Assembly (NCBI RefSeq): GCF_006345805.1
Contig: NC_043006.1
Location: 14,136,001 to 14,200,000, forward strand
DNA length: 64,000 nt
DNA from: Octopus sinensis
Lineage: Eukaryota
Direction of reading: 5' to 3'
Below the pieces are notes generated by a model. It saw only the letters and a list, made by a program, of their open reading frames with translations. It was not told where the DNA came from and made no database searches. Shown here in pieces: positions 1 to 12,478 of this stretch. Both the position numbers and the translations under genes were made by a program. Positions within the stretch are counted from its first letter, which is position 1. Every line of letters starts with the position of its first letter.

Positions 1-95
1 ACATACATTGGACACCAAAAGGGAAAATGAAAGATTTTAACCAAAATAAGGTTAACATCCTCACTGATATTAGACAGAAACCAAGATTCATTTCT

Positions 96-313
96 TATTT
101 CTTTACTACCCACAAGGGGCTAAACACAGAGGGGACAAACAAGGACAGACAAACGGATTCCCAGTGCGTAACTGCTACTTATTTAATCGACCCCGAAAGG
201 ATGAAAGGCAAAGTCGACCTCGGCTGAATTTGAACTCAGAACGTAACGGCAGACGAAATACGGCTACGCATTTCGCCCGGCACGCTAACATTTCCGCCAG
301 ATCGCCGCCTTAT
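96..313 (-). mobile_element. SINE family A (ggcgagctggcagaaacgttagc... head, aaagaaata tail)
   Basis: Matches many other copies in the window; 15-bp TSD ccaagattcatttct at 81-95 and 314-328. Confidence 0.9.
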
Positions 314-656
314 CCAAGATTCATTTCTGGTGACATTAATCTCAAATTTTTTGCATACGAAACAGGTCCAAAGGTTAGAAACTTTCTCAAAAAAATTGGT
401 CAAAGTTATCTTATGCCTTCCATCACTAATGCCACCCATGTAACAACCTAAAAAAAAACTTGCATTGACAACAGATTCTTTAATTTAAGTTATAGACAGG
501 ATATAAAATCTGGCATTGTATGTGCAAGAATCAGTGATCATTATCCAATCTTCTTAGTAATGAGGGACATTCAGTGCAGCCCTAAAAATCTATCGGAGAA
601 AATAAAGGTTAAAAGGGGGGACATTCGTGCAAAAAATTTTCAATCTTTTCCACAAG

Positions 657-787
657 CTCAAAGAATCTAGTTGGATATCTGCTATCAACACACTTGACTC
701 AAAGAATCTAGTTGGATATCTGCTATCAACACACTTGACTCAAAGAATCTAGTTGGATATCTGCTATCAACACACTTGACTCAAAGA
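657..787. repeat. Perfect 41-bp tandem repeat, 3 copies plus partial
   Basis: ctcaaagaatctagttggatatctgctatcaacacacttga starts at 657, 698 and 739; partial at 780. Confidence 0.95.
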
Positions 788-2306
788 GATCTTCTGAAGA
801 TTTTTTAGCCAATTTCGAACGTGTTTATAATGAACATTTTCGTATAAAAAAAAAATTGGTGAATGTAAAGAGTATTTTCAACAGATGCGTAGTTCTAAGC
901 GAAAACAAAATAATGAGGAAAGGTACAAGAAATATCCTGAAGAAGTCAATAAAAGTTTTACCAATGTTGGTCCAAAACTCGCATCAAAAATACCAAGAGA
1001 CAATAAAAAATTTCCTTGAACTTTTAAAAAAGATTCATTTATTCAAAATGAATCCAGTTACGGATGAGGAACTGAAGAACGCATTCATTCGTCCGAAGAC
1101 AAACGAAGTGCCTGGATGACTCCTTGAGTATGAGGATTGTTAAAATTGCATATAAATCAACAATAGTCTCATAGAATTCCGGTGTAGACTATGGGCTGAT
1201 AGAACTCATTGACATCAATACAGCTATGTCAAATGAACATGTTACACTTGGAATTTTCATCGACTTAGTAAAGGTTCCAAGTCATTGTTGATAATAGAAT
1301 ACTCAAAAAAAAAAAACACTTGAAATCTATGGAGTTACCGAGAAAAAATTATTATGGTTCGGAAGTTACCTAAGCAATAGATGCCAGTTTGTGCAATTTG
1401 TTGACACTGAATTCGAGTACAAACCAATATCTTGCGCTGTTCCTCGAGGATCAATATTAGGTCTCCCCCTTTTTCCTATATATGTTTATGATATGTACCG
1501 CACAGTTCCACTTCTGTTATCATTTGTGCCGATGGTACAAATCTTTTCTTGGCTAGTAAAGATTACCGTCCATTTACTCAAAGTAATGACCAACCAATTA
1601 TCACTCATAAATGACTGGTATTCCGCAAATAAGATTTCTCTGAAGGGAGATAAAACGAAGTACACTCTATTCTGTTCATCAGCTAATGATGATGATCTGC
1701 CCTTACAGCCACCAAAACTTCACTCTGGCCCAAAAGAAGGCAAAAGGTCTAGAATCTAGATCTTTTGACTTTTTTAATACATGTTTTAATAATAACTGTA
1801 GATGCAAGAATAAAATTGCATATGTACGTGACAATTTTTTTACAGTTTGTGTTTTTATTGTAAATATATCTGAACATGAGTATTTTCATTTCATTAATTA
1901 AATGCTGTTTTTTGCATAAGACAATTAAATTATTGCATAGGGGTTCCACGAGCCAGTGGAATGTTTCTTTGGGGTTCCGCTCCAGCAAAAAGATTGAAAA
2001 GCACTGGTCCAGATATATAAAATTCATGTGAATACTTATTGATGAAAATTTGAATTGGAAATTGCATATTCAAGCAATAGAACCCTAACTGTCAACACAA
2101 ATTAGAATAATTTGTAGGGGACATAAGTTTTTGGACAACAAAGCGATGAATACATCATATATATATATATTTATTGTTAATCCATATTCAGTATACGGTA
2201 ACCTAGCTTGGAGATTACCGTATAGTCAAGATTAAGTAAACTTCATATTTTACAAAAACGTTGAGTCAGGATTATAACAAAATTTTGAAACAAATTGATG
2301 GTCCCA

Positions 2307-2520
2307 CTCAGAACGTAAAGACAGACGAAATACTGTTAAGCATTTCGCCCGGCGTGCAGTATTTCGTCTGTTTTTACATTCTGAGTTCGAATTCCGCTGA
2401 GGTCGACTTTGCTTTTCAGCCTTTCGGAGTCGATAAATTAAGTACCAGTTGCGTACTGGAGTCGATCTAATCGTATGCTCCCCTCACCAATACTTTCGGG
2501 CCTTGTGCCTAGAGTGGGGA
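2307..2520 (+). mobile_element. SINE family A copy with inverted 5' segment
   Basis: 2307-2334 is the reverse complement of 2358-2385 (2 mismatches); SINE A body follows. Confidence 0.7.
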
Positions 2521-2561
2521 AAAAGGGATGTCAGAAGCCACAAAGATAAAACAGAATTATG

Positions 2562-2592
<31 letters not shown>

Positions 2593-2699
2593 TTATTCAG
2601 TTTTATTTCAAGATTTCTTGCCAATAGAGAAAGAACCGATTTCTAACCTAGATACAAGAATCCTTCACTGGAATTTCAACATCAACAACAGGATATTTT

Positions 2700-2985
2700 T
2701 GTTTGTTTGTTTGTATGTTTGTTTGTTTGTTTGTTTGCTTGTTTGTATGTATGTGTGTATGTATGTATGTATGTGTGTATGTGTGTATGTATGTGTGTAT
2801 GTATGTATGTATGTATGTATGTATGTATGTATGTATGTATGTATGTATGTATGTGTGTGTGTGTATGTATGTATGTATGTATGTATGTATGTGTGTGTAT
2901 GTATTTATGTGTATGTATGTATGTATGTATGTGTGTGTATGCATGTATGTATGTATGTATGTATGTATGTGTATATATGTATGTA

Positions 2986-3018
<33 letters not shown>

Positions 3019-3071
3019 ATGTATGTATGTATGTATGCATGCATGTATGTATGTATGCATGCATGCATGCA

Positions 3072-3104
<33 letters not shown>

Positions 3105-3350
3105 ATGTATGTATGTATGTGTGTGTGTGTATGTATGTATGTATGTATGTGTGTGTATGTATGTATGTATGTGTGTGTATGTATGTATGTATGTATGTAT
3201 GTATGCATGCATGCATGCATGCATGTATGTATGTATGTATGTATGCATGCATGCATGTATGTATGTATGTATGTATGTATGTATGTGTGTGTGTATGTAT
3301 GTATGTATGTATGTATGTATGTATGTATGTATGTATGTATGTATGTATGT
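2700..3350. repeat. Compound (TATG)n/(TG)n/(CATG)n microsatellite
   Basis: Directly visible; source of the CMYV/HTYI pseudo-ORFs. Confidence 0.98.
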
Positions 3351-3521
3351 ACTCTCGTGCATATAGTTGCATATCCAGAAATCCTCATATTTAAATTATA
3401 AACTACTGGAAAGTTTTGCAGTTCCAGTGATGGATTGAATCTGTAGTCTTCGAATTAGCTTTCCCATTTTTGGTTTTGAGAAGCTTAATTTCCCAAGACT
3501 GGTATTTAGACAGTGTGTTAC

Positions 3522-3701
3522 TGTTACGTCGCACGTTCGAATGCCTTCTACTCAACGCTACTCTTCTCTTTTGTTACCGCTACTCAGCTCGACTTTTCTC
3601 TCCTACTCTACTCTACTCTATTCTCTCGACGTCTAGACTTCTCCCTCTATATCTACGTATTGGGATAGTCTACTTCATCGTCTAGGGGCGTCGACACAAC
3701 A
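3522..3701. mobile_element. 180-bp solo-LTR-like insertion
   Basis: TG...CA ends, imperfect terminal inverted repeat tgttacgtcg/cgacacaaca, 5-bp TSD gttac at 3517-3521 and 3702-3706; splits the R4-like reading frame. Confidence 0.7.
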
Positions 3702-4210
3702 GTTACATATCCCAGAGCTCCAATAATTACAGGTATAAACCTGAACTTATGATCTGGATAGAGTAACTGCAGATTTCTCAATAGTTCAGCATACGTGTTC
3801 TCTTTTACACTGATCTTCCAGCTTTAAGTTAACATCCGCTGGGCATCTAATTTCAACAACTGTGCACAGTTTCTCTTCTCTGTCCCAAATCATTATATCA
3901 GGTCTGTTGTGCTAACATTTTGTTGGGGTCTTCACTTGTACATTCCACCAGTATTCCTTTTTATGAGTAGCTATGGCTTCTACCATATTGTGAGTTCTTA
4001 TTTCTTTGTCCTCGGGATTATCTTTCCCACGGATTTCATTATAGAGTGTCCTTGCTACAACGTCACACCTCATCGGTAGATACCACCGTGATGACATTTT
4101 CGGACAATTGATTATGATGTGGGCGATATCTTCAGTATGAACTCCACAAAGTCTGCATCGGTTGTCACATTTTACGGCTTTTCCTGCATCTCTATCCCTT
4201 TTGTGCATCT

Positions 4211-4417
4211 CTTTATTCTTTTACTTGTTTCAGTCAGTTGACTGCGGCCATGCTGGAGCACCACCTTTAATCGAGCAACTCGACCCCGGGACTTATTCTT
4301 TTGTAAGCCCAGTACTTATTCTATCGAACTCTTTTGCCGACCCGCTAAGTAACGGGGACGTAAACACACCAGCATCGATTGTTAAGCAATGCTAGGGGGA
4401 CAAACACAGACACACAA

Positions 4418-4450
<33 letters not shown>

Positions 4451-4606
4451 CGACAGGCTTCTTCCAGTTTCCGTCTACCAAATCCACTCACAAGGCATTG
4501 GTCGGCCCGGGGCTATAGCAGAAGACACTTGCCCAAGATGCCACGCAGTGGGACTGAACCCGGAACCATGTGGTTGGTTAGCAAGCTACTTACCACACAG
4601 CCACTC
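4211..4606 (-). mobile_element. SINE family B (gagtggctgtgtggtaagtagc head, internal microsatellite, aaaagagt tail)
   Basis: tRNA-like A/B boxes; near-identical to many other copies. Confidence 0.9.
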
Positions 4607-5689
4607 AGGTACTTGGTTAACATCTCCTGTTCCTGGATTGCAAACGCATTCTCTTCAAAATGGGAGGTAGTAATCCGGCTATTGGTCCATGATAAGCTGC
4701 TTTGATGATCGATGTTACTATCATCACGGAGCTTTCTGGTAACTTATCCATGCATAGTCTTCTGCTCATATAGGCTCATCCTTTCATCTGATGATACGTT
4801 GCGGTAGAGTTGTGTGACTTCTTTGGGCATGTATTCTAGGTAATCAGACAAAGAGTGTTGCTCAAGGAGCTGCCTTCCAAGTCTTATGATGTTATCAGCC
4901 TCATGTACCCAAACTTGGTCAAGGGATGCACTTCGACACTTGGTGATCAACAGATGTTGCCGAATGCGACATTCAAAGGCATTTTGGATCGATGTTAAGC
5001 CTCTGTCGCCTTGTTTTCGTCACTGTTTATGTGGAAATCATGTGTGCTTTCGGGTTTTCACATCAATGGCTCAGATCTCATGAAGCGTCCAATCAAGCAG
5101 CCCAAATGTTGGTATGAGTTCTGGCACTGCAAACACATTGTGGGCTACCGTTTTATTGAATGCAGAAATTTCTGAGGTCCAAATTTTCTTTATTCAGCGG
5201 TAATATTCTTTAGTGACACGTGTTTTGTTACAGGTGCCATTGGAAGATATATTTTCATCCTCCCCTAGATACCTGTAACATTCCTCGTCAGATACAGGGG
5301 AAACAGACAAATCATTGATGGAGATGTTACTAGTTTTCCCCCTTTTCCCAAAAATATTACAACATTTATCCTGACCAAACTCCAACCCTACATCCTTTGA
5401 GAATGTTGTAACTAGGTCAAGGCTCTTTTTCATCACATGCATATTCTTTGCATAAAGTATTAAGTCATCCACAAAGAAACCGTGTAATTTTGGTATTTCT
5501 GTTTCCTTCCTTAACATGAATGACAAGGGCTTTACAGAAAGTATATACAGCATCACAGAGAGCCTGTCTCCTTGGAATATGCCTTTGCGATATTGTATTC
5601 TATCAGTGATAATACAGTCACTCTTTGTGTTTAATTTCAAGATGGTGGCCCACCATGAAGTCAGGCCAGCTATGGCTTTGACTATTCTC

Positions 5690-6230
5690 ACTGGAACTTT
5701 AGTTCACCACCCCTGGAGGTGAACTAGCGTACCGCTTTAGAAGGACCCTAGATAAACTTAAACTAAGAATTAAGGTTGTTGAAAAGCCAGGCAACCCTAT
5801 CAGATCTATAATTGGTAGAAGCTATCCTTTTAGTAGAACTCTCTGTACGGATAACTATTGCACTGTATGTAGATTTAGCCCACAAACGAACTGTAAAGCC
5901 AGAAATGTGGTCTATAGTATAAGATGTATAGAGGGACGATGCAGTAACAAGACAGTAACATACGTAGGGGAAACTGCAAGAAGCATTGGTGAGCGGGTGA
6001 ATGAACATTGGAGACAACTCAAGGAAGGTAAAAGCTCATCGATTCTGTACCAACACGCCGAACAAGAACACGGGGGATCAATCAATAACATAGAGATTAA
6101 GATATTGTCCACACATAGAACAGATGCAACAATTAGACAAATTACAGAAGCTACACATATAATAGAAAATAAACCTAGCCTGAATAGAAAACTAGAATGG
6201 AGCAATAGCGCACACCACAACATATGACAA
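5690..6230 (+). mobile_element. Penelope-like element fragment: Cys-rich linker + GIY-YIG endonuclease
   Basis: TPGGELA..RIKVVEKPG..C..C..C..NVVYSIRC..TYVGETARSIGERVNEH..EATHIIENKPSLN. Confidence 0.85.
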
Positions 6231-6693
6231 TAGTGGATCCTGCAAACATAATAAATACACAGGTAATTAAAGAAATAGAAATGAATATCTATATGTGTAT
6301 GTATGTGTGTATATATGTATATATATGTATATGTATATGTATGTATATATATATATATGTATATGTATATTTTTTTTTTTTCGATTAGATTTATTATTAT
6401 TATTACTAATATTGTTGTTATACATACATACAAGCATATGTAATGATAATAATGGGTGGATGTAAACACATGAACAAAATTAGAACAAAAGCAACAACAA
6501 CAAAAACAAAATACAAATTACAAGAATGTATATAACCAGAAGATACAAATATTACAGGCATCCCCCCCACACACACTAAATAAACATAGACGCACATAGA
6601 GATATAAGCATGCGCAAATGAAGACATACAATAGAAATACAAAATGGCTGACGGTTAGTAAGGAGAGACACAAGTAAGTGAGAAGAAAACAAA

Positions 6694-6738
6694 GGACCAC
6701 TGATGCGGTCACAGGAGTGTGACGAAAGAACTTTGGCC
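6694..6738 (+). ncRNA. Degenerate minimal hammerhead ribozyme motif downstream of the PLE fragment
   Basis: cca-CTGATGC-g-gtcac/gtgac-GAAA-gaac-TT-tgg: stems I and II pair, A9 changed to C. Confidence 0.5.
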
Positions 6739-6852
6739 GAAATAAGATTAAGATTAATGTAAAAAATAAATATCACTGAAGCAAAATAACACCAAATATA
6801 TAATGCGTGTGTTTTTATTGGCTAAACTGGCAATATGACCATTCCGAAATAT

Positions 6853-6894
<42 letters not shown>

Positions 6895-6974
6895 TACAAA
6901 AATGTTAAAAACACAAAGATGAAGTAGAACAACAAACAGCAAGTATTAGTTTTACACTAAAAAAAAAATTAGAA

Positions 6975-7012
6975 GTCTTTAACGTTTCGAACATATGCTC
7001 TTCTACGGAAAG
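6975..7012 (-). ncRNA. Minimal hammerhead motif (degenerate core)
   Basis: Minus strand cttt-CCGTAGA-a-gagc atat gttc-GAAA-cg-TT-aaag. Confidence 0.5.
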
Positions 7013-7947
7013 AGGGATATAGAAGGAGAAAAAATAGAGACGAGAGAAAACAACAAATTTGTCTCCATTGGACACTCATCTGATGAGGACGATGAACCCG
7101 ACACACACATGTATAACAGATGCGTGCGGGAGTACTAAAACTTAATTCCTATTTTCTTCTCTTATACTCATATTTCCTATTTACTCAAGTGGACAAATTA
7201 CTGTTGTAAAGTTATTGCACATCATCGGTCTACGCAGTAACTACCGCTGTTTTAGCTATTGCAAACACACCGTTGCTTTTTAGCCTTTTTTCCGTATTTA
7301 TGAAATACTTTGATATTTTCTTTTTTCATTTTTTATTTTTTTTATTTTTTACATTTAAATTGTCGAAGTACGAATTATTAATATAATACTAAAATGTAAA
7401 GTTTTTAGAAACTCAACACTCTATCACAATAATTCTTATTACGAAAAAAACGGAATTAATTATTTGTGAACACCCATGGAGGCATGTCCATCATTTGTTT
7501 ATTTTACGCTTAAATTCTTGAATTACCGATGAATTCCCTGCATGACACTTAAAAGTAATGTTTTAGAAAGAAAATACTTTCGAATATATTTTAATAAAAT
7601 GTATTAGAAGAATGAACTGACCATGTACATAAACACTCAAGGAAAAGGGGAAAGCAAGAGAGAGGAAAATAAGAACTAAAGAATGGGAACTATTAGAAAT
7701 CTAATAAAATAGTTATAAATTTATCGTTATCTTTCTAAATGCTCCAAACTTTATGTTGATAAGTTTGCGTATTAATTAGTTATCCATTATTAACTCACAG
7801 CGAATTCGGCGAGCTGGCAGAATTGATAGCACGTCGAGTGTGAGTTTGGATTTATTAGAAATTATTATTGGAGTGCGTCTGTATAGTAATGCAAGTTTCT
7901 ATTGACTGTTTTTTTATGTTATTTCCTGTTATAATTATTTGTGTGAT

Positions 7948-8339
7948 GTGGAAGCGCAATGGCCCAGTGGTTAGGGCAGCGGACTCGCGGTCATAGGATC
8001 GCGGTTTCGATTCCCAGACCGGGCGTTGTGAGTGTTTATTGAGCGAAAACACCTAAAAAAGCTTCACGAGGCTCCGGCAGGGGATGGTGGTGATCCCTGC
8101 TGTACTCTTTCACCACAACTTTCTCTCACTCTTACTTCCTGTTTCTGTCGTACCTGTATTTCAAAGGGCCGGCCTTGTCACTCTCTGTGCCATGCTGAAT
8201 ATCCCCGAGAACTACGTTAAGGGTACACGTGTCTGTGGAGTGCTCAGCCACTTACACGTTAATTTCACGAGCAGGCTGTTCCGTTGATTCGGATCAACCG
8301 GAACCCTCGTCGTCGTAACCGACGGAGTGCTTCCATCCC
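7948..8339 (+). mobile_element. SINE family C (tRNA-derived ggaggcgcaatggcccagtgg head)
   Basis: A/B boxes; TSD atttgtgtgat at 7937-7947 and 8340-8350. Confidence 0.9.
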
Positions 8340-8780
8340 ATTTGTGTGATAGTCTTCGTTCGAAAGCTATCGTGTGTTTTCCCCTGTGGGGGAAACGTTA
8401 ATTGCTGGCAAGATTCCGAAAAGTGTAGCTTCTTCGTCTGCCGAAGAGTCGTTAACCGACAGGGAGGCAAAAAAGATTGAAAGTTTAATATTTGGTGATA
8501 TTTGGGATTCTTCTGAAAGTGGATTTCCCCAACCATCAATATGTACTGTTGCATAGAGGAATATTGACGTGAAAAGCCTCCAAACAGAAGAAAATAAACA
8601 AAAAAGAAGTGGAACCCGCCAGCTGTCGACAAGCAAAAATGACCTGACCGTTTATTTTGTTTATTTATTTATTACAATTCATTTATTTAAATGAATGTAT
8701 GAATTTATGGTAATTTATTTGAGTTTGTAATAATTAAATTTATAATAAATAATACCTATGTAATAATAAAACTAATTAAA

Positions 8781-11700
8781 TAAATGCGCCCTTTTAAAGC
8801 CTAGCCAGGCTCATGGACCCGGTTTCCCGGTTTCTATGGCGTATGTGTTCCCCAGCTGGACGGGACACCAGTCCATCGCAGCGTTACTCATTTTTGCCAG
8901 CTGAGTGGACTGGAGCAACGTGAAATGAAGTGTTTTGCTCAAGAACACAACGCGTCGCCCGGTCCAGGAATCGAAACCACAATCTTACGATCATGATGCT
9001 GACACCCTAACCACTAAGCCACGCGCCTCCACTAGACTCATGGACCCGGTTTCCCGGTTTCTATGGCGTATGTGTTCCCCAGCTGGACGGGACGCCAGTC
9101 CATCGCAGCGTTACTCATTTTTGCCAGCTGAGTGGATTGAAGCAACGTGAAATGAAGTGTTTCGTTCAAGAACACAACGCATCGCCCGGTCCAGGAATCG
9201 AAACCACAATCTTACGATCATGATGCTGACACCCTAACCACTAAGCCACGCGCCTCCACTAGACTCATGGACCCGGTTTCCCGGTTTCTATGGCGTATGT
9301 GTTCCCACCAGATGAACGGGACACCAGTCCATCGCAGCGTTACTCATTTTTTGCCAGCTGAGTGGATTGAAGCAACGTGAAATGAAGTGTTTTGCTCAAG
9401 AACACAACGCATCGCCCGGTCCAGGAATCGAAACCACAATCTTACGATCATGATGCTGACACCCTAACCACTAAGCCACGCGCCTCCACTAGACTCATGG
9501 ACCCGGTTTCCCGGTTTCTATGGCGTATGTGTTCCCCAGCTGGACGGGACGCCAGTCCATCTCAGCGTTACTCATTTTTGCCAGCTGAGTGGATTGAAGC
9601 AACGTGAAATGAAGTGTTTCGTTCAAGAACACAACGCATCGCCCGGTCCAGGAATCGAAACCACAATCTTACGATCATGATGCTGACACCCTAACCACTA
9701 AGCCACGCGCCTCCACTAGACTCATGGACCCGGTTTCCCGGTTTCTATGGCGTATGTGTTCCCCAGCTGGACGGGACGCCAGTCCATCGCAGCGTTACTC
9801 ATTTTTGCCAGCTGAGTGGATTGAAGCAACGTGAAATGAAGTGTTTCGTTCAAGAACACAACGCATCGCCCGGTCCAGGAATCGAAACCACAATCTTACG
9901 ATCATGATGCTGACACCCTAACCACTAGGCCACGCGCCTCCACTAGACTCATGGACCCGGTTTCCCGGTTTCTATGGCGTATGTGTTCCCCAGCTGGACG
10001 GGACTCCAGTCCATCGCAGCGTTACTCATTTTTGCCAGCTGAGTGGATTGAAGCAACGTGAAATGAAGTGTTTCGTTCAAGAACACAACGCATCGCCCGG
10101 TCCAGGAATCGAAACCACAATCTTACGATCATGATGCTGACACCCTAACCACTAAGCCACGCGCCTCCACTAGGCTCATGGACCCCGGTTTCCCGGTTTC
10201 TATGGCGTATGTGTTCCCCAGCTGGACGGGACTCCAGTCCATCGCAGCGTTACTCATTTTTGCCAGCTGAGTGGATTGAAGCAACGTGAAATGAAGTGTT
10301 TTGTTCAAGAACACAACGCATCGCCCGGTCCAGGAATCGAAACCACAATCTTACGATCATGATGCTGACACCCTAACCACTAAGCCACGCGCCTCCACTA
10401 GACTCATGGACCCGGTTTCCCGGTTTCTATGGCGTATGTGTTCCCCAGCTGGACGGGACGCCAGTCCATCTCAGCGTTACTCATTTTTGCCAGCTGAGTG
10501 GATTGAAGCAACGTGAAATGAAGTGTTTTGTTCAAGAACACAACGCATCGCCCGGTCCAGGAATCGAAACCACAATCTTACGATCATGATGCTGACACCC
10601 TAACCACTAAGCCACGCGCCTCCACTAGGCTCATGGACCCGGTTTCCCGGTTTCTATGGCGTATGTGTTCCCCAGCTGGACGGGACTCCAGTCCATCGCA
10701 GCGTTACTCATTTTTGCCCGCTGAGTGGATTGAAGCAACGTGAAATGAAGTGTTTCGTTCAAGAACACAACGCATCGCCCGGTCCAGGAATCGAAACCAC
10801 AATCTTACGATCATGATGCTGACACCCTAACCACTAAGCCACGCGCCTCCACTAGGCTCATGGACCCGGTTTCCCGGTTTCTATGGCGTATGTGTTCCCC
10901 AGCTGGACGGGACTCCAGTCCATCGCAGCGTTACTCATTTTTGCCCGCTGAGTGGATTGAAGCAACGTGAAATGAAGTGTTTCGTTCAAGAACAACGCAT
11001 CGCCCGGTCCAGGAATCGAAACCACAATCTTACGATCATGATGCTGACACCCTAACCACTAAGCCACGCGCCTCCACTAGGCTCATGGACCCGGTTTCCC
11101 GGTTTCTATGGCGTATGTGTTCCCCAGCTGGACGGGACTCCAGTCCATCGCAGCGTTACTCATTTTTGCCCGCTGAGTGGATTGAAGCAACGTGAAATGA
11201 AGTGTTTCGTTCAAGAACACAACGCATCGCCCGGTCCAGGAATCGAAACCACAATCTTACGATCATGATGCTGACACCCTAACCACTAAGCCACGCGCCT
11301 CCACTAGGCTCATGGACCCGGTTTCCCGGTTTCTATGGCGTATGTGTTCCCCAGCTGGACGGGACTCCAGTCCATCGCAGCGTTACTCATTTTTGCCAGC
11401 TGAGTGGATTGAAGCAACGTGAAATGAAGTGTTTTGTTCAAGAAACACAACGCATCGCCCGGTCCAGGAATCGAAACCACAATCTTACGATCATGATGCT
11501 GACACCCTAACCACTAAGCCACGCGACTCCACTAGGCTCATGGACCCGGTTTCCCGGTTTCTATGGCGTATGTGTTCCCCAGCTGGATGGGACTCCAGTC
11601 CATCGCAGCGTTACTCATTTTTGCCAGCTGAGTGGATTGAAGCAACGTGAAATGAAGTGTTTTGTTCAAGAACACAACGCATCGCCCGGTCCAGGAATCG

Positions 11701-11986
11701 AAACCACAATCTTACGATCATGATGCTGACACCCTAACCACTAAGCCACGCGCCTCCACTAGGCTCATGGACCCGGTTTCCCGGTTTCTATGGCGTATGT
11801 GTTCCCCAGCTGGACGGGACTCCAGTCCATCGCAGCGTTACTCATTTTTGCCAGCTGAGTGGCCTGGAGCAACGTGAAATGAAGTGTTTTGCTCAAGAAC
11901 ACAATGCGTCGCCCGGTCCAGGAATCGAAACCACAATCTTACGATCATGATGCTGGCACCCTAACCACTAAGCCACGCGCCTCCAC
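8781..11986 (-). repeat. Tandem satellite of 14 x ~227-bp units derived from SINE family E
   Basis: ctcatggacc recurs at 8810, 9037, 9264, 9494, 9721, 9948, 10175, 10403, 10630, 10857, 11082, 11309, 11537, 11764; a dispersed monomer lies at ~27075-27328. Confidence 0.95.
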
Positions 11987-12097
11987 CTATGTAATAATAG
12001 CCGAAATAAATTTGTTGATTAGCTGTTTGGTTGGTTGGTTCATTGATTTTTTTTTTCCAGTGATGCTTCATATCATATAGAGACTAGTGATAGGGAG

Positions 12098-12478
12098 AGG
12101 CGCAATGGCCCAGTGGTTAGGGCAGCGGACTCGCGGTCATAGGATCGCGGTTTCGATTCCCAGACCGGGCGTTGTGAGTGTTTATTGAGCGAAAACACCT
12201 AAAGCTCCACGAGGCTCCGGCAGGGATGGTGGTGATCCCTGCTGTACTCTTTCACCACAACTTTCTCTCACTCTTACTTCCTGTTTCTGTTGTACCTGTA
12301 TTTCAAAGGGCCGGCCTTGTCACTCTCTGTGTCACGCTGAATATCCCCGAGAACTACGTTAAGGGTACACGTGTCTGTGGAGTGCTCAGCCACTTACACG
12401 TTAATTTCACGAGCAGGCTGTTCCGTTGATTCGGATCAACCGGAACCCTCATCGTCGTAACCGACGGAGTGCTTCCCC
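12098..12478 (+). mobile_element. SINE family C
   Basis: TSD agtgatagggag at 12086-12097 and 12479-12490. Confidence 0.9.

Larger units (their letters stand above)
1..2290 (+). mobile_element. Decayed CR1/L2-group LINE (AP endonuclease + RT remnants), interrupted by a SINE and a tandem triplication
   Basis: Translates to ISGDINL, CIDNRF and SDHYPIF (~533-553, APE C-terminus), LGIFIDL (~1250), VPRGSILGLPLFPIYVYDM (degenerate GVPQGS..LF..Y.ND, ~1436-1495) and LIDENLNWKLHI (~2035-2070); many stops and frameshifts. Confidence 0.8.
3400..5690 (-). mobile_element. Decayed R4/Dong-type non-LTR retrotransposon (RT, CCHC zinc knuckle, restriction-like endonuclease)
   Basis: IFQGDRLS and FFVDDL (ORF 5194-5691), CRLC..EDIAHIIINC (ORF 3912-4208), HNRPDIMIWD..VVEIRCP (~3840-3912), VIIGALGYV (~3705-3730); interrupted by SINE B and a solo-LTR-like insert. 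Confidence 0.8.

Noticed and set aside
2528-3401. Long ORFs of 155-288 aa
   Set aside because: Stop-free reading of a (TATG)n/(TG)n microsatellite; same for the ORFs over 18898-20589, 23424-23901, 30036-30377, 35001-35329 and 43359-43762.
7075-7128. Possible hammerhead (CTGATGAgg...ccGACA...)
   Set aside because: GAAA is replaced by GACA and stem I does not pair next to the putative cut site.
7948-8030. tRNA genes at SINE heads (also 12098, 22319, 58436, 60382)
   Set aside because: A/B boxes are present but no complete cloverleaf, and each continues into a SINE body, with TSDs where checked.
8355-8640. Short GC-richer segment with ORFs on both strands and small hairpins
   Set aside because: No recognisable protein or RNA motif and no clear splice context; left unassigned.
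8781-11986. CRISPR array or multi-copy 71-aa gene
   Set aside because: No unique spacers, units are whole SINE copies, and the ORF is the antisense reading of a SINE in eukaryotic DNA.
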